Shown: in pieces, positions 10,790 to 21,431 of the stretch
Layout: each line of letters opens with the position of its first letter
Numbering within the stretch: the stretch's first letter is position 1
Assembly: GCA_009602725.1 (NCBI GenBank)
Contig: WELB01000007.1
Span: 69,032 to 97,241, forward strand
Direction: 5' to 3'
DNA: 28,210 bases
Source: Spirogloea muscicola
Lineage: Eukaryota
The notes under the pieces: generated by a model
Told to the model about the DNA's origin: nothing
Seen by the model: only the letters and a program-made list of their open reading frames with translations
Database searches by the model: none
Position numbers and translations under genes: made by a program

Positions 10790-11797
10790 AGCTTCAACCA
10801 TTCTTTAGGCGGTGGCTCCTGCACGGTGCTGCCGTACTCAAGGAACCCTGCTTAGCACGTCTACAAGTACAGCTGGAGAAGGTTGCCAGAGCCTCTACCC
10901 ATTCCAGCTAATGGATGACTCGGTAGATACTGTGGCACAATTCTCTGTTAGCTTCCCTGGCCCCAACTCATAGGCTCGCTGATATACGGACGCGGAGGAC
11001 TTGGCCTTTGTATTCACACTTCACACCTCTGCATGAGGTGTGCATGTAAAGGGCTTGTCACACCCGTCACTTGACCTTTACCCCACTGTTCGCTCATCTC
11101 CCTTTTAGTCGAATACTACCGGCACATATTTCCCTACCTGGAGGGATTGGGCATTTGTGTTGGATAATTCCACTCCACAACTGCTCTGATGTACTTAGAG
11201 CAACGACTTTCAAATCTGGTTCTCTTGTGCAGAGCCATGTGGCAACCCAGCCTGTCAGCTGCAAACGATTCCTGTTTGATGGCGGTCTTTGCCACTTTGC
11301 CTGTCTGGCATCACACTCTGCCTTGTTGATAGTGAGCTGCTAGCCACCTTGAGGTGACCAGTTTGTGAGGCTGGCCAGGTCACTTGCAGATTAAGCTGGT
11401 CAGGTCCTGGAATTTGAGCTTGTACTGTACTGTATTAGCCTGTGGCAACCCCCTGTGACGAAGTGCGCCTGCTCTATGGCAGCCACTCACTTCAGACAGA
11501 ACTCTCTCCAGCTCGCTTCTGCACGTAGTAGTGCAGGCTGTGACCTTGGAAGTAGGAAACCTGAGCTTTCGCCTTGTTGAGGTCAATCTGCTGTGAGCGT
11601 CTCCCTGTGGATACTCCCATTGTGCTGATAGTCAGGTCGCAAGCTCTTGGACTGGTCGCTAAGCGAGTCATCACCATAGCAGCAGATCGCTCAATGGAGA
11701 GTGTCCCGATGTCGAGCAAAGCTGGGCAGGGACAGTGCATCGGTAATGTCGCAAACCGCTCTGACATGTCTTCATGCAGAGCATAGCTGGGCAGGAA

Positions 11798-11845
11798 GCA
11801 ATCGGGATGTCAAACGTCGGGGCAATCGGGATGTCAAATGTCGGG
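11798..11845 (+). repeat. 24-bp tandem repeat x2
   Basis: gcaatcgggatgtcaaa(c/t)gtcggg at 11798-11821 and 11822-11845. Confidence 0.85.
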
Positions 11846-11904
11846 GTTGCCCCGAGGCCCCTAGGAGGAGAGGCGAAGCTGCAGAGTCCGAGTAACGAGT
11901 AACG

Positions 11905-12375
11905 AGGAGAACGGCACGCGGTGCGCGTGGAATAAGACGGAGGCCAAAGCAAGCCAGTACGCTGATTGTGTGGAAAAATAGAGGAAAATCTGAGAATCTG
12001 AGAAGGACCTCACCGGACGAGTGAGCCCGAGACGGCGAGGCAGCGAGGAGAGTGGCTCTCCCAAGGAGAGAAAGGCGCGCGGCGCGCATGAAATGATAGG
12101 GAGGCCAATTCAAGCCAAAAAATTGTTCAGGCAGAGTCTAGTGCAGACTAAACAAGGCTACATAACACGGAGACCTATACTAAGGTGCCCAAGGGGGGCG
12201 AGGGCTATGAATGGCAAGCCCAGTATAGTTGATACAGTTGCGCTTTTTGGCCCCTGCGCTTTTCGGCCCATTTGGACCTTGTCAAGAAGCAGGGCTCGCC
12301 CATTGAGGATAGGGACTGGAAAAAGCCAACCCAGAAAAGAACGAACAAAGGACGAGAAGGGGCCAGGGGAAGCAT
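11905..12375 (-). mobile_element. Cluster of CRE-like 3' tips (family A at ~11910 and 12071-12195; hairpin-type tips at ~12195 and 12294-12370)
   Basis: 12071-12195 is closely similar to the 3' UTR at 7215-7335. The module gctcgcccattgaggataggg..gaaaaagccaaccc matches 5261-5300 and 19244-19300. Confidence 0.75.
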
Positions 12376-13010
12376 AAAAAGAACCAACGCAGCTTGTCAA
12401 GGGCCCAAGTGACGAGGCGGCGCCCCAGCGGCGACGCGAGGCGGGCTGGCTGCTCCGTTGGGGTCGGGCGGGTGGCCACGAGGAAGGCAAGGCGTCGCCG
12501 CCCGCCGCCCGCCCAAGCTCTTGGCCCTGCGTCCGCGGGAGAGACAGCGGGAGCGAAGGGTGGATTGGGTTGCTGCACGATCGTGGGGGTCGTGGGGGGC
12601 AGCCCAACGGTCTTTCCGGCGCTGGAAATAGCAACGCCTCTGCCGCCAGCAGCTGCCGCGCGCCGCCCCACCGGAGACCAGCGGAGCCACCGTGAAACGG
12701 GCCCCGGGGGTGGAACTTGTGGCTCAGAGGGGGCCGGGGCTCGGCACTTGGCGGCCGTCATGCCACGTGGAAGGGCCTGTCGCGGCGCGACTCGGCGGCC
12801 GGCACGTGGCGGGGCAGGCCTCAGGCCGAGGAGCCCAGTTTCGTGGAGAGCAACGCTGGGCCGACGTTCTCGGCACAGAACAGCGACAGGACGACGCCTG
12901 GGAGGCCAACGCTCGAGGGGGCCAACGTCGTCGCGTCGGGCAGGTGACGTCAGCGACGCTCCGTACGCGGGCCGGGCGGGCGGGCACGGGGGCGGGGGGC
13001 ACCGCACGGN

Positions 13011-13625
13011 CGCCGCAGCATGGCCAGCCCTCGAGGCAGAGAGCCCCGGATTGGATCGGTCCACCACATTGGTGGTGACCACGTCTGCAATGATGCGCGC
13101 GCCGCCTCCCGGCGTGGAGGCCACCAAGTCGACGCGTCGGCGTGTGTAGCCCGTCCGCCTTCTGTAAGATTGGCATTGTAGAAGTGTTCTCCATTGCCAT
13201 CGTGTAGCCGGCCTCTCACAAATATGCCGAACATGGCATCCCGGAGGAGGTCGTGGGCTGCCGTGCGTTCACCTCCAGTGGCGCAGCGGAGGACATGCGC
13301 CGCCAGCTCCGCCAGGTTTGCCGACCGTTCCCCGCGCTCGCACTGCAGCACGCCCAGCAGACAGAAAGTGGAAAGCGGCTGCTGAAAACAAAAGAGCGGC
13401 TGTGAAAGCCAGCCAGATGCATACAGGTGTTCATACGGGGCGGGAGGAGACCCAGCAGGCGGTGGATTGCCGTGCAAAAACGCTCATCCGGCATTCTGAG
13501 TACGTCGTAGAGGGGGAGCGCCGAGAGCTAGGCTGCCGCGCCAGGAGAGGATGCTGATCGCAGCCGAGCATGGCCGCGCACGTCTGTCGAAGGGACGGGT
13601 GAGCAGCAGCAAGTCGGGAGTAACT
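13011..13625 (-). mobile_element. CRE-like retrotransposon fragment covering the post-RT linker, zinc knuckle and start of the RLE, interrupted by a ~58-bp tip
   Basis: LSALPLYDVLRMPDERFCTAIHRLLGLLP...C...HVLRCATGGERTAAHDLLRDAMFGIF...RRRVDLVASTPGGGARIIADVVTTN...AGHAAA. HxxxCxxGGERxxxHDxxRD followed by RxD...DV is characteristic of CRE-clade RLE elements. The fragment ends at the ambiguous base n at 13010. Confidence 0.88.
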
Positions 13626-13769
13626 CACAGCTGGAAATGAAAGCGGCTGCTGATATTAAAAGAGCGGCTGTGAAAGCCAGCCAGATGCATACAAACGATG
13701 ACGTCACCGTGATTGGCTGGAAAAGAGGCACTCCGCCTAGACCCAGATGCAGCAGCCATAGCGCGGCCT

Positions 13770-13962
13770 GCTCGTTAAGTTCTTCTTTCCCAGCTGCGAG
13801 CTACTGGGACCTGCTGTTGCTTACTCGTGGGTACTGAGCTTCCATCTTCATCATCTCGTGTCTAGTTTTGCAGTTTCTTCTTTTCGGCAACTTTTTGGCT
13901 TTGGATATTGTCCATTCTTTTTGGGCTGGCTTTGCTAGCCCCTCTTCTCTGTGGGCGAGCAG
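13770..13962 (+). mobile_element. Plus-strand CRE-like family C 3' end
   Basis: ASYWDLLLLTRGY* (stop 13835-13837), then a 3' UTR ending ...gggctggctttgctagcccctcttctctgtgggcgagca. Confidence 0.75.
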
Positions 13963-14101
13963 TCTCTTTCCGACTGACTGAGCCAGCGAGCGCTGGAAAG
14001 AGAGAGCTTCAAAGCACACAACATATCAAGTAGCTGCGAAGCACTCGGTAACCCCTGTTGAGCAGCCGCAGGTCGAATAAACTGGTCTCCAGGAAAGAGA
14101 G

Positions 14102-14690
14102 AAGGCGCGCGGTGCGCATGACATTGATAGTGAGGCCAATTCTAGCCTTACAAATGTCCTATTACGGGGTAATGAGCTAGCTAAGGGAGACACTCGTATC
14201 CCCGAGTGAGCACATGCATATCTGACAAGCTAAGACGAGGAGCCAAACCACCACCACGGAAGCCATTAGCCTGGGCTAATACACGCCCAGCACGCTGGTG
14301 AATCGCAAGTGACTCAGGGCGACGTCTTTCCGCCTGCTAGCTCTTCAGACTTGCCTCTACTGACTAGAGTTTACTGAGGGTCCGCTTGCTGCTGTCTCAG
14401 TCCTTAGCACTCCGGCTCCTTCAGACCTTGTCTATTCCTTTGGGCTGGCCTCTCCCAGCCACCAGTTAATCTGGCCGCGCTTGCTTCAAGTGCATGGGAG
14501 CGCCTGTAGACTCAATGATAGCAGCATTCTATAAGGCAAAGCAAGCGCGGCCAGATTAACTGGTGGCTGGGAGAGGCCAGCCCAAAAGAATGGACAAGGT
14601 CTGAAGGAGTCGGAGTGCTAAGGACATTCTATAGCATGCAACGATCGGCTTGCGGGGACGCTAGAATGCCCTGAGCAACCCGCCCCGACT
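14102..14690 (-). mobile_element. CRE-like family A 3' fragment carrying two nested insertions (14312-14486 on +, 14534-14624 on -)
   Basis: Becomes colinear with 21432-21720 once the two inserts and one copy each of caagtg and cattctata are removed. Encodes LSLSDMHVLTRGY. Confidence 0.85.
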
Positions 14691-14825
14691 ACGTCGGCAG
14701 GCAAAGAAGCAACGAATGCGGCTGCCGATATTTAACGAGCGGCTGTAAACGGCCAGCCAGACGTATCCAGGTGTAGGCAAGCGGGACCCGTCCCCTGGCC
14801 CTAGGGCGAGAAGCAGGCTGTAGCC

Positions 14826-17688
14826 ATGGCGCGACCGCCACGCGGATGCAGCGCGCATGCCCATGCCATGGACCGATGCAGCAGACGCCGCCATGTCCGC
14901 CTTCGCCCATGTCCGCCGCCGCTGCCGCCGCCGCCGCCGCCGCGCCCCGCCGCCGAGCCGCCCATGGACGCTGCGCCCCTGCAGCTCACGCTCCCGTCCC
15001 AGGCGTGAGCGCCAATTGCCCGACAGCCCGACGAGCCCACTTACCCACCCACCCGGCTCAAGCGCCCTGTCGTCGCCCGGAGCGGCCGCCTGGCGAGCTG
15101 CATTGTGACCAGAATTGTGGGCGAGGGCCAGCCCAGTACTCTTGAGCAGGCTGGTGCAGGCCAGGGACTTGCGCGTCGGACGGCTTGCCGGCAAGCCGTC
15201 GACACGCCTGCCGGCGCTCTGACCATCTCGCGCTCCGCGAACTGCAGCCGAGTCGGAAGCTCACCGAACCGAGCTGCAGCTCGGCTCGTTCCTGGCATTG
15301 CTGCTGGATATCGTGGCTGATGCAACAAAGTGGGCCTTCCGACGAGTGACCTGCCCTGCCTGCTGAAGGTAGCAGTGATTCACCCGTGGGCTTGTGCTCG
15401 CTCTTTGCAGGTTGGCAGCTGAGCTGCTATGGCAAGCCCTGGACTTGTCCCGGCTGCCACCAATAGCGGCCGGCAGGCCCTCATACTCGCCATTCACGGA
15501 ACAACACGAGGGGGCCGTCAGCGAGCCGGCTTCTGCCAGCAGGCCCCTGCAGCTGCTGTCCGCCGTCCCCGCCACACCTCAATTCAGGCTGCCGGCTACC
15601 CAGCTCACCAGCAGTGCATGGCCGCCAAGCTTGAGTCAGCAGTCATACCGAGCACCAAGCCCGGCGCCCTTTATGCAGGCACCCAGCTCCCAGCTCCACA
15701 CTGAGGACAGCAATGGCCCCAGCTTGCCCCTGCTGGATGCATTCGGTGTGAACAGCCTGGAGCAGCCGACGTCTGCAGACGTGATCAGCCTGCAGCAACT
15801 GCAGCATGGCCCTCGTCCAGCTCAGCAGACGCGTCAAGGAGAGGACCACCAGTCCAACACTGTACATGTGCCCGACTTGTTCCAGCACGGCAAGATGTGG
15901 CAAAAGCATTTCCACCCTCCAGCCCCGGAGCTGTCGGAAGCCATGCTACTCTGGAGTCAACCGCTGGCCGTAAGCCGTCAGGAGGACATCCCAATGCCGG
16001 TGACTGGAGCAGAAGCGGCAGGTGTACCAGCTCCTTCTGCTGAATCACCTCAAGATGACAATCCGCTGCGGTACGATTTTGATGCAGGGTGAGCTATCAT
16101 GGTCTGGACCACTCGCAGTGCTGTCCCAAGCGTTTGTTGATGGTTTCTTGCAGAGGTACTGATGGTCCTTGAAGGGTAATCGACAGGGGCCTTTTGTTGA
16201 TTGCAAGCAGCTGTCAACAGATTTATGCCACGACTGTACATTTGACCGCATGCATTCTCCCTTGTGCTTGCTAGTGTGCATCAGAAGCAAGACGCATTCC
16301 CCTTGTTGTTGACTTGTTTGCCATCTGCAAATGATGCACCATCTTATTCAAGAACAGAGCTAGCAACCCTGGACTGTGTTCTACTGCTTCACAGTGCTTA
16401 AGCTTTATCTGCGATTGGGAATACTGCACACTCCTCAGACCGCTCCTGTGGCCATGTGCAGACCAAACGAGGTGCAGGGCAGCTCAGCTTTCTCCTGCTA
16501 TGCCCGAGCAGCTGCACCTGACTCTACGCCAGGGTTTGCGAGCCAGGAGCGCACAGGGCCATTTATGCATACATCCGCCACCGCCCTCATGCGTCCAGAG
16601 GCTGAGGGCCCTGCCATTGACTTCCCAAAGCTAGAGCCAAGCGAACAGGCAGTGCAGAGCATCCCGCATGACGACCTGGCAGCCAGGCAAGAAAAGCTCC
16701 GCAGAGACCCGCAGCCATGTAATGGCTCAGCAGACACAGCAGCCAATCCAGCAGCCCCAGGGAAGAAGGGGCGCACCTCTCCACCTGCAGAACTTCCTCG
16801 GAAGAGATTAAAGAAAACAGAGGAGAGCTTGGAGTCTTTGGTATGCTCATTGAAGCTGTTGATATCGTTCTGGCAGATCGCTCATCGTGCTGACTTCCTT
16901 AATGCACATCGCTTTTGTACTACACACACTATGTATTGCATCGCTTCCAGTCAGCAGAATATACATAGCAAGTCCTTTCAAAGCCAATGCAGCTTCAACT
17001 CGTATTCCTTACTGGGTCTGCCAATTGTCACCTGCAGCAAACCATCCAGTCTGAATACAGCACTTCTGAGCCTGAGCACGAGACAGACGTTCAGGGTGAA
17101 GAAAGTTTGATATACATGAAGCCACGTGCCAAGAGGGGCTGCGCTACACACCCACGTAGCATAGCTGAAAGAGTGAGCTTCTTCGGAGACACATTGATGT
17201 GATCAAGGTTGTGAATGGATCGCCAAAGCTCTGCATCTTCAGATGGCTGCCATGGATTCACTTCTGCAATTGTGGTAGCATCGACCTGTTGACAATGCTT
17301 CTGTGGTGTATGCCAGTTGCGAAGGTCACGGATCAGCGAGAACTTGAAGAGACTTCAGGACCTCATCCCCAACCTTGACAAGGAGGCGCATACAGCAGAT
17401 ATGCTAGAAAGAGCTGTGCAATACATGCACGAGCTGCAAGAAGTGGTGAAGGTAACATGAATCAAGGCTTGAACATTGTTGCTGCCGTATAATATGGCAG
17501 CAACTTTCAGCCGGTAGTCGCTGCGATCACTCACCAGCACTTGTCTTGACTGCTTATTGCAATGTGGCTCACAGAAACTGACAGAGGAGCGAGGAGGGTC
17601 TTCACAAACTGCCGCTACAGGTACAAGACGAAGCCACGGAAAAGATGACACAGAGGGGCAGGACGGCAGCTACTCTCCAAATACATAG
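14826..17688 (+). CDS. bHLH transcription factor of subfamily IX (FBH/AKS/bHLH122-like); exons 14826 (or 14964)-15004, 15411-16088, 16462-16840, 17038-17172, 17317-17451, 17575-17688
   Basis: Spliced domain RAKRGCATHPRSIAER|LRRSRISENLKRLQDLIPNLDKEAHTADMLERAVQYMHELQ matches the subfamily IX signature RAKRGCATHPRSIAER. All proposed introns are GT-AG with matching phases (2,2,0,0,0). The start codon is uncertain; 14964 has good context (gccgcccATGG). Confidence 0.9.
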
Positions 17689-17799
17689 CTCAGAAGATGA
17701 TAATCTTAGCAGCCTAAAGAAACCTTCAGCAATTTTTGCTGTAAGTAGACTCTCCCAGATTGATATTGGCACTGCGAATCAGTAGGAGTAGGTAGCATC

Positions 17800-18850
17800 T
17801 TGACTACTTGCACAAGGTAATTAGAGACAGAGCAATCTCTGTCACTGGAGAGCCAGGACAATTTCAGGTCCAAGTACCCTGCCTGCCAGCCACGTCAAGT
17901 CTTGACCTGCTCAAATCATTATTTGCATTGTCAGGCGACATCTGGATTCCTGAAGGCTTCCAATCATAGAGTAAACCATTGTCAGGCGACATCTGGATTT
18001 TTGAAGGCTTCCAATCATAGAGTAAACCAGTCACCATGCTAGGTGTGAAGGCCGAGGTCATCAGTCTGTCACGCAAGAGCGCTTGACGTATCCTGGGGGC
18101 GTGTGCTTACCTCCCTCAACTCCTGGTTGGGCAATTGCAAACTCATCTCAGCACATCACTGCAATGGCTGAACAGGTAGACAGAAGCCTTGCCATATCTG
18201 ACAGGTGAGGGTTGGCTGCCAGACCAGTAGAAGGCATATTACTAATTCTGGACAGTAAGTCGCTCTGATGGGCAGTTGTTAGGGCAAAAGGTGTCATGAT
18301 GGTACACGCTCTCAGATTTCTACGTCCAGAAATTTGCCAAGAGGGTTGTGATGGTCATTGAGCATTCGGTGGGGGAGCGTTGACACAAATTGCATGGTTT
18401 AAGTGCTAAGTCTTGGATGCTCGGTCTGGACTTGGCCTTCCTGGGGATGCACGCTGCTCAAAAAGACCTTGCAAGAAGTTTTTCTTCGTGTCTTGGACAT
18501 CAGCTGGTCGCTCCGAACGTCTCTTGTGCGAGCCTCCCATTGACCAACCTGCCCTTTCCTGCCATGCAAGCACACATGCTGGCCTGTTGTTGTTAATGTT
18601 GCTGGCCTATTGTTTTGATAGCCTTGCAAGGAGTGTAGCTGCATCACCAGCACGTTATCCAGCAGAATACCCTCAAAGCTTTTGTGCGCCTAGGTTGGAA
18701 AGCTTGGCGCCAGGTAAGAGCAGGCCCTCTCTGCCTATTGACGGCTTGTCCAGCCTTAGAATTGCAGCACTTCGCCAGGAGACTACCTACCTGGCTGTCC
18801 TGACCATTATTGGGCGCATACTTATGCTGGCAGGGCTTAGCTTGACGTAG
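17800..18850 (-). mobile_element. Possible highly decayed CRE-like fragment
   Basis: Weak minus-strand remnants in the expected order (IGREGLLL, CNLC, YHHDTF, DWFTL*LEAF), with many stops. Confidence 0.3.
17926..18027. repeat. 51-bp tandem duplication (2 mismatches)
   Basis: cattgtcaggcgacatctggatt(cc/tt)tgaaggcttccaatcatagagtaaac at 17926-17976 and 17977-18027. Confidence 0.9.
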
Positions 18851-19344
18851 CTACTGCGTGCATCTGTTAGAAAGAGAGGTCTACAACCTCGTGCAGCCTG
18901 TAGGAAATAGAGTGCTCCTTCAATGGAGGTAGCGGCTAAGAGAGGCCAACCCAGAAGATGAGTGTCCTTCCAAAGCCACTTGACATTTATCGACTGGCAA
19001 GTACGGAGTACAAGCACCCAAACAAACCGAACAGTTTATTGATTGAGGGTCTGGACGAAAAGGGGGGGGGGCGGCAAGGGGAGAGTGGCATGGCGCCAGG
19101 CAGCTAGGTGCTTGCCATCACCAGGGTGAGAAACCGGGGGCTCCCTGACCAGAATGAGCTTCTCCGGATGAAAAGAGCAATCTAAATTGGGCGACAGCTG
19201 TGAAAGGCCAGCCAAAAAGGACAGCAAGGTTCACAGAAGAAATTGCTCGCCCATAGAAAAGAGGGGCTGGGAAAGGCCAGCCCAAAAGAATGGACAAGAT
19301 CCAAAGAACCAAAAGGAAATGAAAACACAGCCACAGAGAGAGAC

Positions 19345-20100
19345 AAGGTGCGCCGTGCGCATGGATTGTGTGAAAGGCCAAGCGGAGCCAATACACTGTT
19401 CATGCAGAGGGCAAAGGGTGAGCAATGGGGCTACTCAAAGCGAAGCACTTGTCTGGGAGGGGGTAGACAAGCATGGCGAAAGCACGGCTGGAGGGGGGCT
19501 TAGTACCCTCGAGTGAGCACAAGTCGAACAGGCTATTCTAAGAAGCCGGAGCACCGCCATGCAAGCGGGTGTACTTGCTCAAGGCACGCCCAGCCCCCTG
19601 ATAAAGGTGAAGGGCCTGCCAGTCCTGCAAGCTTTACGAGAGCATCATCTAATTGCACGAAACAAAGGCCGGTATTCCCAGATTGCCCCCGACAACGGCG
19701 GCGTGCGTCGACCTGCTGAGCAAGACGCTGTAGGATGAAACACCGCTAGCTACTGCAGCCGCCGTGTGTGTCAATGCTGCACAGGCAGAAGCAGTGTCCC
19801 CGGAGGTGGTCCTTTGACTGCTTCTTGCGTTTCGTTTGGCTGTCCGCCAGCCACGCAGGGTTGGCTATATAGTTCCTAAGCCGTAGGCGTCGGTGAGGCC
19901 CATGTCGCGGAGGAGCCGAGGCCTACCGCATCGGAGGTTGGCGACCAGGTTCACACGCCGCACGTAGGGCTAGCCTCGTGTCCTCAATGACGGCTATGAT
20001 GCCTGACACCTCCATTACGGGATGGATACCAGCCTTGTGCCCGATGCCAAACGTAGTGTCCCGGAGCGGGTTGCAAAAGGCGAAGGGACTGGAAAGCGCA
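19345..20100 (-). mobile_element. Degenerate CRE-like element: end of zinc knuckle, RLE and family-A-type 3' UTR
   Basis: PLRDTTFGIGHKAGIHPVME...RRVNLVANLRCGRPRLLRDMGLTD...IDTHGG...ILQRLAQQVDARRR...AGRAL...VLTRGY* (stop 19500-19502). Homologous to 13011-13300 and 7342-7697. Confidence 0.8.
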
Positions 20101-20116
20101 AATGAAGAAAGACAGA

Positions 20117-20780
20117 AGCTCTTCCAGAGGGGGATGGCTGCGAAAGAAGGAACTCTTGCAGAGGGTGCGATGACTGCAAAAGGCCAGCCGCAAAAGTGGA
20201 CCACAAATAGCTCACAGAAAGCAGCTTCATGAAGGGGCGATGGCTGTGAAAAGCCAGCCCACGAGAGTTCAAGGTAGGCGGCAAGAAGTAAGCTCTTCCA
20301 ACAGGGGCGAGGGTTGTGAGAAGCCATCCCGGAAAAAATTGACAAGGTCCGAAGGGGCCGGAAAGCACTAAAATACACAGCTATTCAAGTACCACGAAGG
20401 ATGGTCACTTAATAAACCCCTAGTAAGCAGCCGCAAGTCAGAAAGACTAGTAGACAAGAAAGCAGTTCCCCTGACGATGGCCAGAGGCGGCAGCTAGAAG
20501 CCAGCTCGGAGCTGCAAGGCGTGGGCCAAGGACCGCTGAAGGGAGATGGAAAGGCGCACGGAACAACTGCGCTAGCGAGCCAGCAGCATTAAGTAGGAAG
20601 CTCAATCAAATGGGTCGAAGGCTGTGAAATATCAGCCCGAAAACAAGTCTTTCCCTTTGTAAGGCAATGGCTGTGAGAGGCCAGCCCAAAGAAATGGACA
20701 AGGTCTGAAGGGGCCGTAAAATTCACTGAAGCACACAAACGAATGAGCAAGTGCCACGAAGGATGGTCACTAGGTAACCA
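20117..20780 (-). mobile_element. CRE-like family D 3' fragment (20291-~20560) with a ladder of shorter 3' tips (20117, 20151, ~20221) and a further copy at ~20647-20780
   Basis: SISLQRSLAHALQLRAG...FLSTSLSDLRLLTRGL, then a 3' UTR ending ...cgcccctgttggaagagct. The same terminus recurs in tandem. Confidence 0.75.
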
Positions 20781-20952
20781 GCAGCGTTGAGGTCAGCCTG
20801 CTCGCCGTGCCGCTGGTCGGAGAGCGGAAGCCGAGCCGTCCGTGGCTGGGAGGCGGCGGTCAGAGGAGAAAGGCGATCGGTTTATAGGAAGAGAAAGGGA
20901 GGCCATTCGAGCCCTACGAAGTCCTGGTAACGGGGCTATAAGCTAAAGAGAA

Positions 20953-21186
20953 AAGGCGCGCTGTGCGCATGAAATATATGGGAGGCCAATTCCAGCCAAG
21001 ACATTATTTAGGCAGAAACTAGTGCAAAATAATAAGGCTACATAAAAGCAAAGCCCTATGCTAAGGTGGCTAAGGTCACAGTACGTCAGCACACACGGGT
21101 GAGCACACACAAATTGACAAGCCAACAACGGAAGCCGTTGGCCTGAATCAGAGCACGCCAAAGCCTGCGACCGCTGCAAGCTAAGC
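20953..21186 (-). mobile_element. CRE-like family A 3' end with internal deletions
   Basis: LSLQRSQAL remnant; 3' UTR colinear with 7215-7380. Confidence 0.75.
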
Positions 21187-21431
21187 AAAAGAGAGAGAGC
21201 TGGCTAAAGCGACGCTAGTAAGAAGAGAACGGCTGCTGATGTTAGCAGAGCGGCTGTCAAAGCGAGTCAGGTGCATACAGAAAGAGGAAGAAAGAGGACG
21301 CTTCCAGTACAGAGGGTGTTCATGACTAACGTGGTGGAGCCACTGGCTAGGCAGACAGGGCGCTCCTAGCACCCCCGTTTCAGCAATAGGAAGTCCGTAG
21401 GAAGGCGGACGGGGGGGACCCGGGATGGGAG

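Noticed and set aside
12158..13200. Long overlapping ORFs (up to 281 aa) on both strands
   Set aside because: They arise from very high GC content and cross an ambiguous base. Only the part above 13010 has recognisable (RLE) homology.
15121..15136. ggccagccc match in intron 1 of the bHLH gene (and agagaaggcgcgc near 27971)
   Set aside because: Too short and lacking flanking family homology; likely chance in GC-rich DNA.
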